Source: Thermodesulfobacteriota bacterium
GTDB lineage: Bacteria > Desulfobacterota > Desulfobulbia > Desulfobulbales > SURF-16
Direction of reading: 5' to 3'
DNA length: 64,000 bases
Assembly: GCA_039714595.1 (NCBI GenBank)
Contig: JBDLJA010000003.1
Location: 64,312 to 128,311 of the forward strand
Positions 49,822 to 59,061 of the stretch are shown here, piece after piece. Made by a program: the position numbers and the translations under genes. Each line of letters opens with the position of its first letter. The first letter of the stretch is position 1. The notes under the pieces were generated by a model. It searched no databases and was not told where the DNA came from. It was given only the letters and a program-made list of their open reading frames with translations.

Positions 49822-51364
49822 GAAGAAGGGGCCGCTCCTGCTAGCCATCCTCGATGGCTGGGGGGTGGGGGAGGCCACCCCCACCAACGCCGTTTTTCAG
49901 GCCAAGACCCCCAATATGGACAGGTGGCAGCGTGACTACCCAGCCACCACCCTGCTGGCCCACAATGGCGCCGTGGGGCTGCCGGAGGGGCAGATGGGCA
50001 ACTCTGAGGTGGGGCACCTCAATATCGGCGCCGGCCGGGTGGTCCACCAGGACTTCAGCCGGATAAACCGGGCCGTGGCTGCCGGTGAGCTGGGCGAAAA
50101 TCCTGAATTAAAAGATCTCCTCGCCGCCCTTAAGGCCAGCGGCGGCGCCCTCCATCTGCTGGGGTTGCTCTCCGATGGTGGGGTGCACAGCCATCTGGAT
50201 CATCTCCTGGCCCTGGTCCGCGCCGCCGTGGCCTCTGGCCTCAGCCGGATCTTTATCCACGCCTTCATGGATGGCCGCGACACCCCGCCCGTAAGCGGCG
50301 CCGGTTACATGGCCCAGCTTGAAGAGGCCCTGGCCGAGATAGGCTGCGGCCAGGTGGCCACCATCTCCGGGCGCTACTGGGCCATGGATCGTGATAACCG
50401 CTGGGAGCGGGTGGCCCAGGCGTGGGAGGCGATGGTGGATGGCGAGGGCGTATTGACCAGCCTTACCCCGGGGGCGGCCGTGGCCGCGGCCCATGGGGCA
50501 GGGGAGAACGATGAGTTTATCAAGCCCATGGTCCTCTGCCAGCAGGGGGACGAGCCGCTGGCCACCATTAATGATGGCGACGGGATTATCTTCTTTAACT
50601 TCCGGGCCGACCGGGCCCGGGAGCTGACCAAGGCGTTCACCGCCCCCGACTTCAGCGGCTTTACTCCGCGCCGGCGGCCCAAACTGGCCCATTTCCTGAC
50701 CATGACCCAGTATGACGCCACCTTTGCCCTGCCCGCCCTCTTCCCGCCCCTGACTCTGGAGCGCATCCTGGGGGAGGAGATAAGCCACCACGGCTTGGCC
50801 CAGTTGCGCATTGCCGAGACAGAGAAGTACGCCCATGTCACCTTTTTCTTCAACGGCGGCCGGGAGGAACCCTTTGGAGGGGAAGAGCGGATCCTCATCG
50901 AGTCACCCCGGGAGGTGGCCACCTATGACGAGAAGCCGGAGATGTCGGCCCCTGAAGTTACCCAGCGTCTCTTGGAGACGTTGGCGGAGGGGCGGCACGA
51001 CTTCATCGTCCTCAACTTTGCCAATGCCGATATGGTGGGCCACACCGGAGATCTTACGGCCGCCATTGCCGCCTGCGAGACGGTGGACCAATGCCTGGGT
51101 CAGCTGGTGGCCAGGGTGCAGGAGTTGGCCGGCACGGTCTTGATCACCGCCGACCATGGCAACTCCGACATCATGTATGACGAGGAGCATGATCAACCCT
51201 TCACGGCCCATACGGTGAACCCGGTACCATTTATCCTTCTGGCCGAGGGGTTCCAGGGCCAGAAGCTGCGCAGCGGCGGGGCCCTGAAGGACATCGCCCC
51301 CACCGTCCTCAACCTCCTTGATCTGCCGGTGCCGGCTGAGATGGAAGGAGAGTGTTTGTATTAA
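49814..51364 (+). CDS. gpmI: 2,3-bisphosphoglycerate-independent phosphoglycerate mutase
   Basis: 516 aa, LAILDGWG and GNSEVGHLNIGAGR motifs. Confidence 0.95.
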   Translation: MSEKKGPLLLAILDGWGVGEATPTNAVFQAKTPNMDRWQRDYPATTLLAHNGAVGLPEGQMGNSEVGHLNIGAGRVVHQDFSRINRAVAAGELGENPELKDLLAALKASGGALHLLGLLSDGGVHSHLDHLLALVRAAVASGLSRIFIHAFMDGRDTPPVSGAGYMAQLEEALAEIGCGQVATISGRYWAMDRDNRWERVAQAWEAMVDGEGVLTSLTPGAAVAAAHGAGENDEFIKPMVLCQQGDEPLATINDGDGIIFFNFRADRARELTKAFTAPDFSGFTPRRRPKLAHFLTMTQYDATFALPALFPPLTLERILGEEISHHGLAQLRIAETEKYAHVTFFFNGGREEPFGGEERILIESPREVATYDEKPEMSAPEVTQRLLETLAEGRHDFIVLNFANADMVGHTGDLTAAIAACETVDQCLGQLVARVQELAGTVLITADHGNSDIMYDEEHDQPFTAHTVNPVPFILLAEGFQGQKLRSGGALKDIAPTVLNLLDLPVPAEMEGECLY

Positions 51365-51542
51365 ACAGCGAATAACGAATGTCGAACAAGAAATGTCGAA
51401 TGATGAAGGTAAGTACCCTGTGGCCTCCTTCATTGCTGGGATTTAGATTTTTTCTACTTCGACATTCCGGAGTCTCGCAGGCTCGTTTATGCCCTCTAGG
51501 GTGCTTACCTGCGGTTCGTTTTTAAAAACAAGGCAATAAATA
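51365..51542 (-). repeat. Intergenic structured repeat, copy B (fills the whole gpmI-thrC spacer)
   Basis: Shares CGGAGTCTCGC, a 30-mer (29/30 identical with copy E) and GCGGTT(C)GTTTTTAA..AACA.G..AATA with copies C and E. Nested inverted repeats AATGTCGAA/TTCGACATT and ATGAAGG/CCTTCAT. Confidence 0.8.
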
Positions 51543-51546
51543 GCAA

Positions 51547-52944
51547 ATGAAATACATAAGTACCCGGGGCGGCATTGCCCCTATTCCTTTCAGTGAGGCG
51601 GTGATGATGGGCCTGGCCACCGATGGCGGCCTTCTTCTGCCCGAGAGTCTGCCGGAGATTTCGGCGGCCGAGCTTAATCGCTGGCGCAAGCTCTCTTACC
51701 CGGAGCTGGCCTTTGCCGTGCTCAGCCTCTTTGCCACCGATATTCCGGCGGCCGATCTTAAGGATCTGGTCAACCGCTCCTATGGCACCTTTGATCACCC
51801 CGAGGTAACGCCTCTGGTCAAGCAGGGCGATCTCCACATCCTGGAGCTGTTCCACGGCCCCACCCTGGCCTTCAAGGATGTGGCCCTGCAGTTTCTCGGT
51901 AACGTCTTCGAGTATCTCCTGGAGAGAGATGACAGCCACCTCAATATCCTGGGGGCCACCAGCGGCGATACCGGCTCGGCGGCCATCTATGGCGTGCGCG
52001 GCAAGGAGAGGATCAACATCTTCATCCTCCACCCGCACAAACGGGTGAGCCGCGTCCAGGAGCTGCAGATGACCACGGTCCTCGATGATAATGTCCATAA
52101 CCTGGCCATCCGCGGTACCTTTGATGATGGCCAGGCCATAGTGAAGGGTATCTTTAACGATCTGGACTTCAAGGAGCGTTACCACCTGGGCGCCATCAAC
52201 TCCATCAACTGGGCCCGGATCGTGGCCCAGGTGGTCTACTATGTCTATGCTGCCTTACAGCTCAGCGATGAGGGTGAGGGGCAGCCGGTGGATTTTGCCG
52301 TGCCCACCGGTAATTTCGGCGACATTTTCGCCGGCTTCATGGCCCGCCGTCTGCTCCCCGGCCAGATCCGCCAGCTGATCCTGGCCACCAATGAAAATGA
52401 TCTGCTCACCCGTTTTGTCAATGAGGGCGACTACTCCCTGGGGAAGGTGGTCCAGACCTCCAGTCCCTCCATGGATATCCAGGTGGCCAGCAACTTTGAG
52501 CGTTTTCTCTACTTTCTCTATGACCAGGACGCGGCCCGGACCCGCGGCGCCATGGAGCAGTTTGGCGCCAGCGGCGCCTTAAGTTTTTCGGGCCAGGAGC
52601 AGGAGGTTATCCGCCAGCAGTTTCAGGCCCGGCAGGTGAGTGAGGCTGAGACCTCGGAGACCATTGCCGACTTTTACAAGGCCCATGATTATATCCTCGA
52701 CCCCCATACGGCGGTGGGGGTGCGGGCGGCCCAGGAGTTGGGCCAGCCAGGGGCGGCGGCCATGGTCTGCCTGGCCACGGCCCATCCGGCCAAGTTTGGC
52801 ACGGCGGTGGCGGCGGCCATTGGCCGGGAGCCGGATATGCCCGCCTCTTTCCGTGATCTGGAAGAGCGGGAGAGCCGCTGCCAGGTGGAGGAGGCGGATC
52901 CTGAACGGATCAAGGCCATCATCAGCGAAAACGGCTTGATTTGA
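51547..52944 (+). CDS. thrC: Threonine synthase
   Basis: 465 aa with the PLP-lysine motif PTLAFKDVALQ. Confidence 0.93.
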   Translation: MKYISTRGGIAPIPFSEAVMMGLATDGGLLLPESLPEISAAELNRWRKLSYPELAFAVLSLFATDIPAADLKDLVNRSYGTFDHPEVTPLVKQGDLHILELFHGPTLAFKDVALQFLGNVFEYLLERDDSHLNILGATSGDTGSAAIYGVRGKERINIFILHPHKRVSRVQELQMTTVLDDNVHNLAIRGTFDDGQAIVKGIFNDLDFKERYHLGAINSINWARIVAQVVYYVYAALQLSDEGEGQPVDFAVPTGNFGDIFAGFMARRLLPGQIRQLILATNENDLLTRFVNEGDYSLGKVVQTSSPSMDIQVASNFERFLYFLYDQDAARTRGAMEQFGASGALSFSGQEQEVIRQQFQARQVSEAETSETIADFYKAHDYILDPHTAVGVRAAQELGQPGAAAMVCLATAHPAKFGTAVAAAIGREPDMPASFRDLEERESRCQVEEADPERIKAIISENGLI

Positions 52945-53065
52945 GACAAGAGTATTGTAGAATGCTCAAGGATATTCTAAACTTATATAGATGTTAGGCG
53001 AAATTAACAATGTTGGCGTCCCGCCTCTGAGTGCGGGAGTAATAAGGAAGGAGGAGAAGAAAAAA

Positions 53066-53728
53066 ATGTTGATTCAAGACTGGATGGCCAAAGATGTGTT
53101 GACCGTTGACGAGAACACCTCTTTGATGCGGGCTACCAGGATTATGAAAGAGAATGGTATCCGCCGTCTACCGGTGGTGGGCCATGGTAAGTTGACCGGC
53201 ATCGTCACGGACCGTGACGTCAAGGATGCCTCCCCTTCAAAGAACACCTCATTGGACGTGCATGAGCTTTACTATCTGCTCAGCGAGATGAAGGTCAAGG
53301 AGGTTATGACCCCCAGTCCCGTCATCCTCCGGGGCCACGATTCGTTGGAGAAGGCGGCGGTTATCATGCTGGAGAAGAAGATCTCCGGTGTACCCATTGT
53401 CGCCACCGATGACACCCTTGAGGGTCTGCTCAGTGAGACCGATGTCCTGCGCGGCTTCATCCACTCCACCGGCATTAAGGATGGGGCAATTCAGTTTGTC
53501 TTTGACCTCGACGACAGGCCTGGCTCCGTCACCGAGGTGATCCAGAATATCCGGGAGATGAAGGCCCAGATTATCAGCGTGCTCACCTCCTTTGAGGATG
53601 GCGCTGAAGGTCTGAAACGGGTGGGTATCAGGGTCATGCCCGAGGATGGCTGCAACTGTGAGGAGCTGACTAAGCATCTCACCGATAACTTCAGCGTGGT
53701 TTATCACGGGATGGATGATCTGGCCTGA
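53066..53728 (+). CDS. CBS-pair protein with C-terminal ACT-like domain (AcuB-like)
   Basis: 220 aa from the ATG at 53066, preceded by a GGAGGAG RBS. Two CBS motifs. The ORF-track start at 52991 lacks an RBS. Confidence 0.8.
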   Translation: MLIQDWMAKDVLTVDENTSLMRATRIMKENGIRRLPVVGHGKLTGIVTDRDVKDASPSKNTSLDVHELYYLLSEMKVKEVMTPSPVILRGHDSLEKAAVIMLEKKISGVPIVATDDTLEGLLSETDVLRGFIHSTGIKDGAIQFVFDLDDRPGSVTEVIQNIREMKAQIISVLTSFEDGAEGLKRVGIRVMPEDGCNCEELTKHLTDNFSVVYHGMDDLA

Positions 53729-53749
53729 TGCCTTAGGATAATCCCGCAA

Positions 53750-53816
53750 GGGCCCCCCATAAAAAAATCCCCGCTACCTGTCTTAAGAGGTGGCGGGGAT
53801 TTTTTTATGGGGGCCC
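53750..53816. terminator. Bidirectional Rho-independent terminator (convergent CBS gene / PBP1A)
   Basis: About 27-bp imperfect stem. The inner stem ATCCCCGC.ACC/GGTGGCGGGGAT is flanked by A7 and T7. The outer stem is GGGCCCCCAT/ATGGGGGCCC. Confidence 0.8.
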
Positions 53817-53831
53817 TTGGGGGAAATGTCT

Positions 53832-55871
53832 CTAGTTGTTCAGCCCGAAACTCCCATGGTCCTTGGCGGCCATGATCTTGTCACGTCTGCTGATCTCGGC
53901 CCAGCGGCTGGCCCAGAAGGGCAGCCAGCGGTTGCGGTCCCTCTGGCTGGGGTCCAGGCCGCCGCTTTTCCGGTCTATGGGTTGAAAGACAATGCCTGGG
54001 GGCACCGCAAAGGTGGAGGGCTGGACCCCGGCCGTGACATGGCGCATGTAATCGAGCCAGATGGGGGCGCACGCCTTGCCGCCGGTCTCTTTCTGGCCCA
54101 GGGGTTTTTTGAGGTCAAAACCCATCCAGACGCCGGTGGACAGCTCCGGGGTGTAGCCCACGAACCAGGCGTCCATATTGGAGTCGGTGGTGCCGGTCTT
54201 GCCGGCGGAATGACCAGGCAGTCCCCCTGCCATTTTGCCTGTGCCCTGGCGGATAACGTCCTGCAGCATTCTTGTCACCTGAAAGGCGGCCCGGGGGTCC
54301 AGGACCTGTTTGGCCTGGGGCTGCTGCGCCTCCATGACCTGGCCGTGCTGGTTAAGGATTCGGTTGATGAAGATCGGTTCATGGTAGCGGCCGGCGGCGG
54401 CGAAAACGGTGTAGGCCGAGGTTAGTTCCAGCAGGGAGACCTCCGAGGCGCCCAGGGCCAGGGAGAGGTTGGGGTGGAGGTTTGAGTTGATCCCCATCTC
54501 CTGGGCCAGGTTAATGACATTATCGATCCCCACCTTCTGGAGAAGCTTGATGGCCACCACGTTACGGGATTTGACCAGGGCGGTGGAGAGGGTGGTGGGG
54601 CCGAAATAGTGGCCGGAAAAGTTGCGCGGCCTCCAGGTGTTTTGCTTGCGGGGTCCCAGGATTTTCAGGGGCTCGTCGTTGATAATGGAGGCGGGTGAAA
54701 ATGAGGTGGAAAAGGCCTGGGCGAAGACCAGGGGCTTAAAGGCGGAACCGGGTTGGCGGCGGGCCTGGTAAGCCCGGTTGAATTGGCTCTGGTAGAAGTG
54801 GACCCCGCCGGTGAGCGCCCGCACCTTGCCGCTGCTGTTCTCGATGGTGACCAGGGCGGCCTGGGGTGGGCGGCGGCGCCCCTTACCGCTGCGCAGGGCC
54901 CAGGATGCCACGCCCTTCTCCACGGCCAGGGCGGCCTCGCGCTGGAAGGCGGGGTCAAGGGTGGTCTCCACGGTGAACCCGGCTGTCTCTACCTGGGCCC
55001 GGCCATAGCGGCGGAAGAGGTGGTTGCGGACATATTGGAGGAAGTAGCGGGCCTGGACAAAATCTTGCCGGCGCGGGGCCCAGAGCAGGGGCTGGTCAAA
55101 GGTCTTGCGGGCGGCGCTGGAGCTGATATAGCCTTCCGCGGCCATGCGGTTTAGGACGTAACGCTGCCGTTTCTTGGCCGCGGCGTAGTTGCGAAAGGGG
55201 GAGTAGCGGCTGGGGGCCTGGGGCAGTCCGGCCAGCAGGCTCATCTCGGCCAGGTTCAGCTCATTCGCCTCCTTGCCGAAATAGGTCTGGGCCGCGGCCC
55301 CAACCCCGTGCGCCTTCTCCCCCAGGTATATCTGGTTAAGGTAGATGTGGAGGATCTCCTCCTTACTCAGCACCTTGTCGATACGGTAGGCCAGGATGGC
55401 CTCTTTGATCTTGCGCAGATATGTCTTCTCCCGGGTAAGGAGCAGGGAGCGGGCCACCTGCTGGGTAATGGTTGAGCCGCCCTGGCCCCGTCCCCCCCGA
55501 CGGACATTGTTGATTATGGCCCGCAGGACAGATATGGAGTCCACCCCCACGTGATCGAAAAATCTGGCATCTTCAGCCGCCACGAAGGCCTTGGGCAACA
55601 GCTCCGGCATGGCGCCCAGGTCAACGACCATCCTGTTTTCCAGATAGATGCGGTCGATTATGTGACCATAGCGGTCCTTGATGATGGTGGTCTGGGGGGG
55701 CTGGTAGGAGGTAAGGCTGTTTATGGCCGGGATGTCGAGGGCGACAAAGGCGAAGAGCAGAGCGGCGATGAGCCCGGTGAGCAGCATGGCCATGGAGATA
55801 AAAAAAAGGCCCAGATGATTCTGGTTCCATTGGAGACGGATGGAGAGGGGCTTTTTTTTCTTGGCTGACAT
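53832..55871 (-). CDS. mrcA: Penicillin-binding protein 1A (bifunctional glycosyltransferase/transpeptidase)
   Basis: Glycosyltransferase motifs (EDARFFDH, GGSTITQQ) and transpeptidase motifs (SAFKP, KTGTT). ATG at 55871 preferred, because the 55940 extension would run through the upstream terminator hairpin. Confidence 0.9.
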   Translation of the reverse strand: MSAKKKKPLSIRLQWNQNHLGLFFISMAMLLTGLIAALLFAFVALDIPAINSLTSYQPPQTTIIKDRYGHIIDRIYLENRMVVDLGAMPELLPKAFVAAEDARFFDHVGVDSISVLRAIINNVRRGGRGQGGSTITQQVARSLLLTREKTYLRKIKEAILAYRIDKVLSKEEILHIYLNQIYLGEKAHGVGAAAQTYFGKEANELNLAEMSLLAGLPQAPSRYSPFRNYAAAKKRQRYVLNRMAAEGYISSSAARKTFDQPLLWAPRRQDFVQARYFLQYVRNHLFRRYGRAQVETAGFTVETTLDPAFQREAALAVEKGVASWALRSGKGRRRPPQAALVTIENSSGKVRALTGGVHFYQSQFNRAYQARRQPGSAFKPLVFAQAFSTSFSPASIINDEPLKILGPRKQNTWRPRNFSGHYFGPTTLSTALVKSRNVVAIKLLQKVGIDNVINLAQEMGINSNLHPNLSLALGASEVSLLELTSAYTVFAAAGRYHEPIFINRILNQHGQVMEAQQPQAKQVLDPRAAFQVTRMLQDVIRQGTGKMAGGLPGHSAGKTGTTDSNMDAWFVGYTPELSTGVWMGFDLKKPLGQKETGGKACAPIWLDYMRHVTAGVQPSTFAVPPGIVFQPIDRKSGGLDPSQRDRNRWLPFWASRWAEISRRDKIMAAKDHGSFGLNN

Positions 55872-55898
55872 GGGGTGCGGCGGACTGAGCGACAAATG

Positions 55899-55935
55899 AA
55901 AAAAGGCCGCTCGTAAAGGCGAGCGGCCTTTTTTT
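55899..55935 (-). terminator. Rho-independent terminator of the cytochrome c7 gene
   Basis: Stem GGCCGCTCG/CGAGCGGCC with loop TAAAGG, flanked by A6 and T7. Confidence 0.75.
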
Positions 55936-55998
55936 AACAAACGCCAGAGCTGTTAGAGATCTGGCTATTCATCATAAAATAAAAACTCAGGCTGAAGC

Positions 55999-56331
55999 TT
56001 AGCAGCCTTCAATGGCCTTTTTCTTTTTGGGATGGCAGGTGTTGCACTTGGCCGGGGCGCCCATGGTCTTGTGACAGTTCTTGCAACCCTCTTTGTGGGC
56101 GTAATTCTTGTCGGTGGCCATCTTCTTGACGTCAAGCTCCTTGTGGCAGTTGTCACAGGTGATCTTGCCGCCTTCCTGGTGCTTGGCATGGGGGAATGCG
56201 GCTGGCTTCTTGCCGGCTGCGGTCTTCAGGGTAATTTCCGCCGGGCCTTTATCTTCGGCCATGGCGCCGGTAACGGTGAAGCTGAACAGCATAGCAAAGG
56301 CGGCAGCAGTACAGATGAATGTCTTTTTCAT
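55999..56331 (-). CDS. Periplasmic trihaem cytochrome c7 (PpcA-like)
   Basis: 110 aa with a signal peptide (…TGAMA). Three CxxCH motifs (CDNCH, CKNCH, CNTCH) and an FPHAKHQ box like the FPHKAHQ of Geobacter PpcA. Confidence 0.85.
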   Translation of the reverse strand: MKKTFICTAAAFAMLFSFTVTGAMAEDKGPAEITLKTAAGKKPAAFPHAKHQEGGKITCDNCHKELDVKKMATDKNYAHKEGCKNCHKTMGAPAKCNTCHPKKKKAIEGC

Positions 56332-56449
56332 TTTCTCTATATCCCCTTAACTAAATGGTTGCTCCGTGCAAAAAAAACACGAAGATGTGAAAATCGCCAG
56401 ATCTATAACTGTTTAGATCTGCTTTTCTTTTTTACCTAACTAGGTTGTA

Positions 56450-56478
56450 TAAATATTCCCTTGCCCCCCCTTTGTCAA
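56450..56478 (-). promoter_or_regulatory. sigma70-type promoter candidate for the cytochrome c7 gene
   Basis: On the minus strand: TTGACA (56478-56473), a 17-nt spacer, then TATTTA (56455-56450). Confidence 0.45.
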
Positions 56479-56532
56479 GAATAAACAAAAGTGGCTTGGC
56501 CCTTTGGAGGGGGAGATGTCGGCAGAAAAAAA

Positions 56533-57357
56533 CTAGCTGGAGCCGTAGCTGTGCAGGCCTGAGAGGAGGTAGTTCACGCCGTAGTAGGTGAAGGCAACGC
56601 AGAGGAAACCGACAATGGCCAGCCAGGCGATGGTCTTTCCCTGCCAGCCCCGGGTGAGGCGGGCATGGAGGATGGCGGCGTAGAAGAACCAGGTGATCAG
56701 CGACCAGGTCTCCTTGGGGTCCCAGCTCCAATAGGTGCCCCAGGCCGAGTTGGCCCAGATGGCCCCGGTGATGATGCCGGCGGTGAGCCAGAGAAAACCG
56801 AAGATCATGGTCTTGTGGTTCATGTCATCGATGGTCTGCGGGGCTGGCAGCCGGCTTTTCTCCTTCTCCGGCTTGCGGAGAAGGTACATGATGCCCAGGC
56901 CGCAGGCCACGGCAAAGGCGGCGTAGCCGATGAAGCAGGTAACGACATGGGCGATGAGCCAGTTTGACTGCAGGGCCGGGACCAGAGGATTGATCTGCTG
57001 ATTGAAGCCGCCGTAGTTGGCGTAGGCCATGGCGAAGGCGGCAAAGGGCATGGCAAAGGCGCCAATGGTCCTGTTCTTGAACTTCCATTCCATCAGCAGG
57101 TAAAGGGCGGCAATGGACCAGGAGAAGAAGACCAGGGACTCAAACATATTGGTCAGCGGCGCGTGGCCGGCCCCTATCTGGTACGACTCCTGCCAGCGTA
57201 GCCCCAAGGCCACGGTCTGCAAGATCAGGGTGAGGCTGGTGACAATGGTGCCGGAGATGGCAGCCTTGTCCCAGCGGAAAAGCAGGGCGGCGATGTAGAT
57301 TGCCGAGGCCAGAAGATAGCCGAATATGGAGATACCCAGGAGCTGTGAACTGTCCAT
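56533..57357 (-). CDS. ccsA: System II cytochrome c biogenesis protein CcsA/ResC
   Basis: 274 aa, polytopic, with the Trp-rich haem-handling motif WANSAWGTYWSWDPKETW. Confidence 0.9.
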   Translation of the reverse strand: MDSSQLLGISIFGYLLASAIYIAALLFRWDKAAISGTIVTSLTLILQTVALGLRWQESYQIGAGHAPLTNMFESLVFFSWSIAALYLLMEWKFKNRTIGAFAMPFAAFAMAYANYGGFNQQINPLVPALQSNWLIAHVVTCFIGYAAFAVACGLGIMYLLRKPEKEKSRLPAPQTIDDMNHKTMIFGFLWLTAGIITGAIWANSAWGTYWSWDPKETWSLITWFFYAAILHARLTRGWQGKTIAWLAIVGFLCVAFTYYGVNYLLSGLHSYGSS

Positions 57358-58721
57358 TAAAGCGCCTCGAATTGTTTGCTGAGCTTTCCGGTTAATTTAT
57401 TGAATTTGTTTTCAAAGCCAATTTTGTTCTTGTGGCTGGTACCGCTAATGATGAACTTGTCGTCACTGACTATGAGCCAGATGCGTTGGTGGGACATAAA
57501 AAAGGCGATGGTCAGGCCCACGAGCATCATGGCGCAGCCCAGATAGACCCACCAGACCCCGGGGTCTTTGGAGACCTGGAGGCCGGTGGAGTAGAACTCC
57601 TTGACGTGGAAGGTGTAGCCATCCTTCTGGTCCGTACCAATCTGGCCCTGGCTGTTATCATCCAAGAGCAGGCTGTTCTGGCCACCAGGCCCTGAGATCA
57701 GCAGGCGATAGCGGTACACCTGATTGGTGTCGGTGGCCAGGACCTCCTTGATACCAAAGAGCAGCCCCTCCGCCTGCCAGCGCATGGGCTCCTTGGGGGT
57801 GGTAAGGAAACGTTCCTTACTGCCGGTCTGTTTGTTGGTAACGGTGACCATAATCTTGTTATGGGGCTCATAGCTGGACTGATAGAAGGTCCAGCCCTTA
57901 TAGGTGAGGGGATCATTCACCTCAATTACCTTGCGGGCGACCTCCTGGCCCTCTTCGATGACGACCAGCTCGGACTGATACTCCTTGGGGGCGCCGTTGG
58001 GGTAGCGGCTCAGGCTGAACCAGTCGCAGCGCACCGTAAAACCTAAGTCCACCGGGCGGCCATCCTCGAACAGGTAGATCTTGTCGCTGTCCAGGGTTTC
58101 GGGGATGTTGACTCCACCGCTGAAACCGAGGTAGGAGCCGATCATCGCCCCGACGATGATGACCAGGATGGAGAGGTGGACCACATAGACCCCCAGCCGG
58201 GCCCAGGGCGCCTTTTGGCTGAAGAGGATGGTGCTCTCCTCTCCGGTTCTGGCGGCCACGCGCCAGCCCGCCGTGGCCAGGCTCTCTTTGAGCAAGTCAA
58301 CGGTCTCGGCCATATTGCCCCTGCCGCTAAATTCCCGCTTAAAGGGCATCTTGCTGATTTTACCCTGGGCCAGGGACAGGTTGTCCATGGAGACCATGAG
58401 CCAGACCGCCGGCAGCCGGTCAATGGAGCAGACGATGAGGTTAACGGCCAGCAGGCCGATGAGGGTCTGGAACCAGAGGGCGTGGTACATGTTGTCCAGG
58501 CCAAGGAGCATGGTGACCCGGGTAAGAATATTGGCCAGCTCCCCGGGGTCGGCCATTAAGGCGGCCAGTTTGCTGCCGTAGAAGGCGGCGTAGAGGGTGG
58601 GGCCCTTACCTTGGGGGATGAGGGTCCCCAGGATGGAGGAGGCGGCCAGGAGGAAGAGGACGAAGAGGGCCAGCTTGACTGAGGCCAGAAACTGCCATAA
58701 ACTGTTTTTTTTATACGTCAT
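57357..58721 (-). CDS. resB: System II cytochrome c biogenesis protein ResB/Ccs1
   Basis: 454 aa with N-terminal TM helices, a large periplasmic domain and a C-terminal TM helix. 1-nt overlap with ccsA. Confidence 0.85.
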   Translation of the reverse strand: MTYKKNSLWQFLASVKLALFVLFLLAASSILGTLIPQGKGPTLYAAFYGSKLAALMADPGELANILTRVTMLLGLDNMYHALWFQTLIGLLAVNLIVCSIDRLPAVWLMVSMDNLSLAQGKISKMPFKREFSGRGNMAETVDLLKESLATAGWRVAARTGEESTILFSQKAPWARLGVYVVHLSILVIIVGAMIGSYLGFSGGVNIPETLDSDKIYLFEDGRPVDLGFTVRCDWFSLSRYPNGAPKEYQSELVVIEEGQEVARKVIEVNDPLTYKGWTFYQSSYEPHNKIMVTVTNKQTGSKERFLTTPKEPMRWQAEGLLFGIKEVLATDTNQVYRYRLLISGPGGQNSLLLDDNSQGQIGTDQKDGYTFHVKEFYSTGLQVSKDPGVWWVYLGCAMMLVGLTIAFFMSHQRIWLIVSDDKFIISGTSHKNKIGFENKFNKLTGKLSKQFEAL

Positions 58722-58919
58722 ATTAAGGTTGCAGTGTGGTTAAGGGGAAAAGAGGATTTTTTTTACCATGCTGCTGCTGGCGGTGTCAATTTAATTGCAA
58801 ATCACTCCTAATAAGATTACCGATATTCTATTGAAATTTCAGTTTTCCCCTGGTGTTTCAGCGGGCAGGATCGGTTAAATTGTTGCTGGCGCCTGAGCCT
58901 GGCCGGCAGGAGAAAATGC

Positions 58920-58948
58920 TTGCCAAAGATGGGGCGAGTAGGTATATA
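58920..58948 (+). promoter_or_regulatory. sigma70-type promoter candidate upstream of rpmB
   Basis: TTGCCA at 58920-58925, a 17-nt spacer, then TATATA at 58943-58948. Confidence 0.4.
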
Positions 58949-59024
58949 AGAACGTTTTTGTTCCTCCTTAAGGGAGGTTGCCCGGCAAAGGGCTATAAAC
59001 CACGATTTTGAATTGAACCGGCAG

Positions 59025-59061
59025 GCAGTGGCGGCCCCATGGCGGCCACTGCGGGTTTTTT
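59025..59061 (+). terminator. Intrinsic-terminator-like hairpin in the rpmB 5' leader (attenuator or sRNA 3' end)
   Basis: 12-bp stem GCAGTGGCGGCC/GGCGGCCACTGC with one mismatch and loop CCAT, followed by GGG and a T6 run. Ends 20 nt before the rpmB ATG. Confidence 0.55.

Noticed and set aside
55872-55940. N-terminal extensions offered by the ORF track: PBP1A from 55940, rplE from 13789, rplF from 15031, rplC from 7989, map from 18728, the CBS gene from 52991, rpmB from 59039 and DUF523 from 39177.
   Set aside because: Each extension runs into an upstream gene, terminator hairpin or leader. The downstream ATG gives the canonical family N-terminus, and for rplE, the CBS gene and rpmB it is preceded by a clear Shine-Dalgarno sequence; for PBP1A no Shine-Dalgarno is evident upstream of either candidate start.
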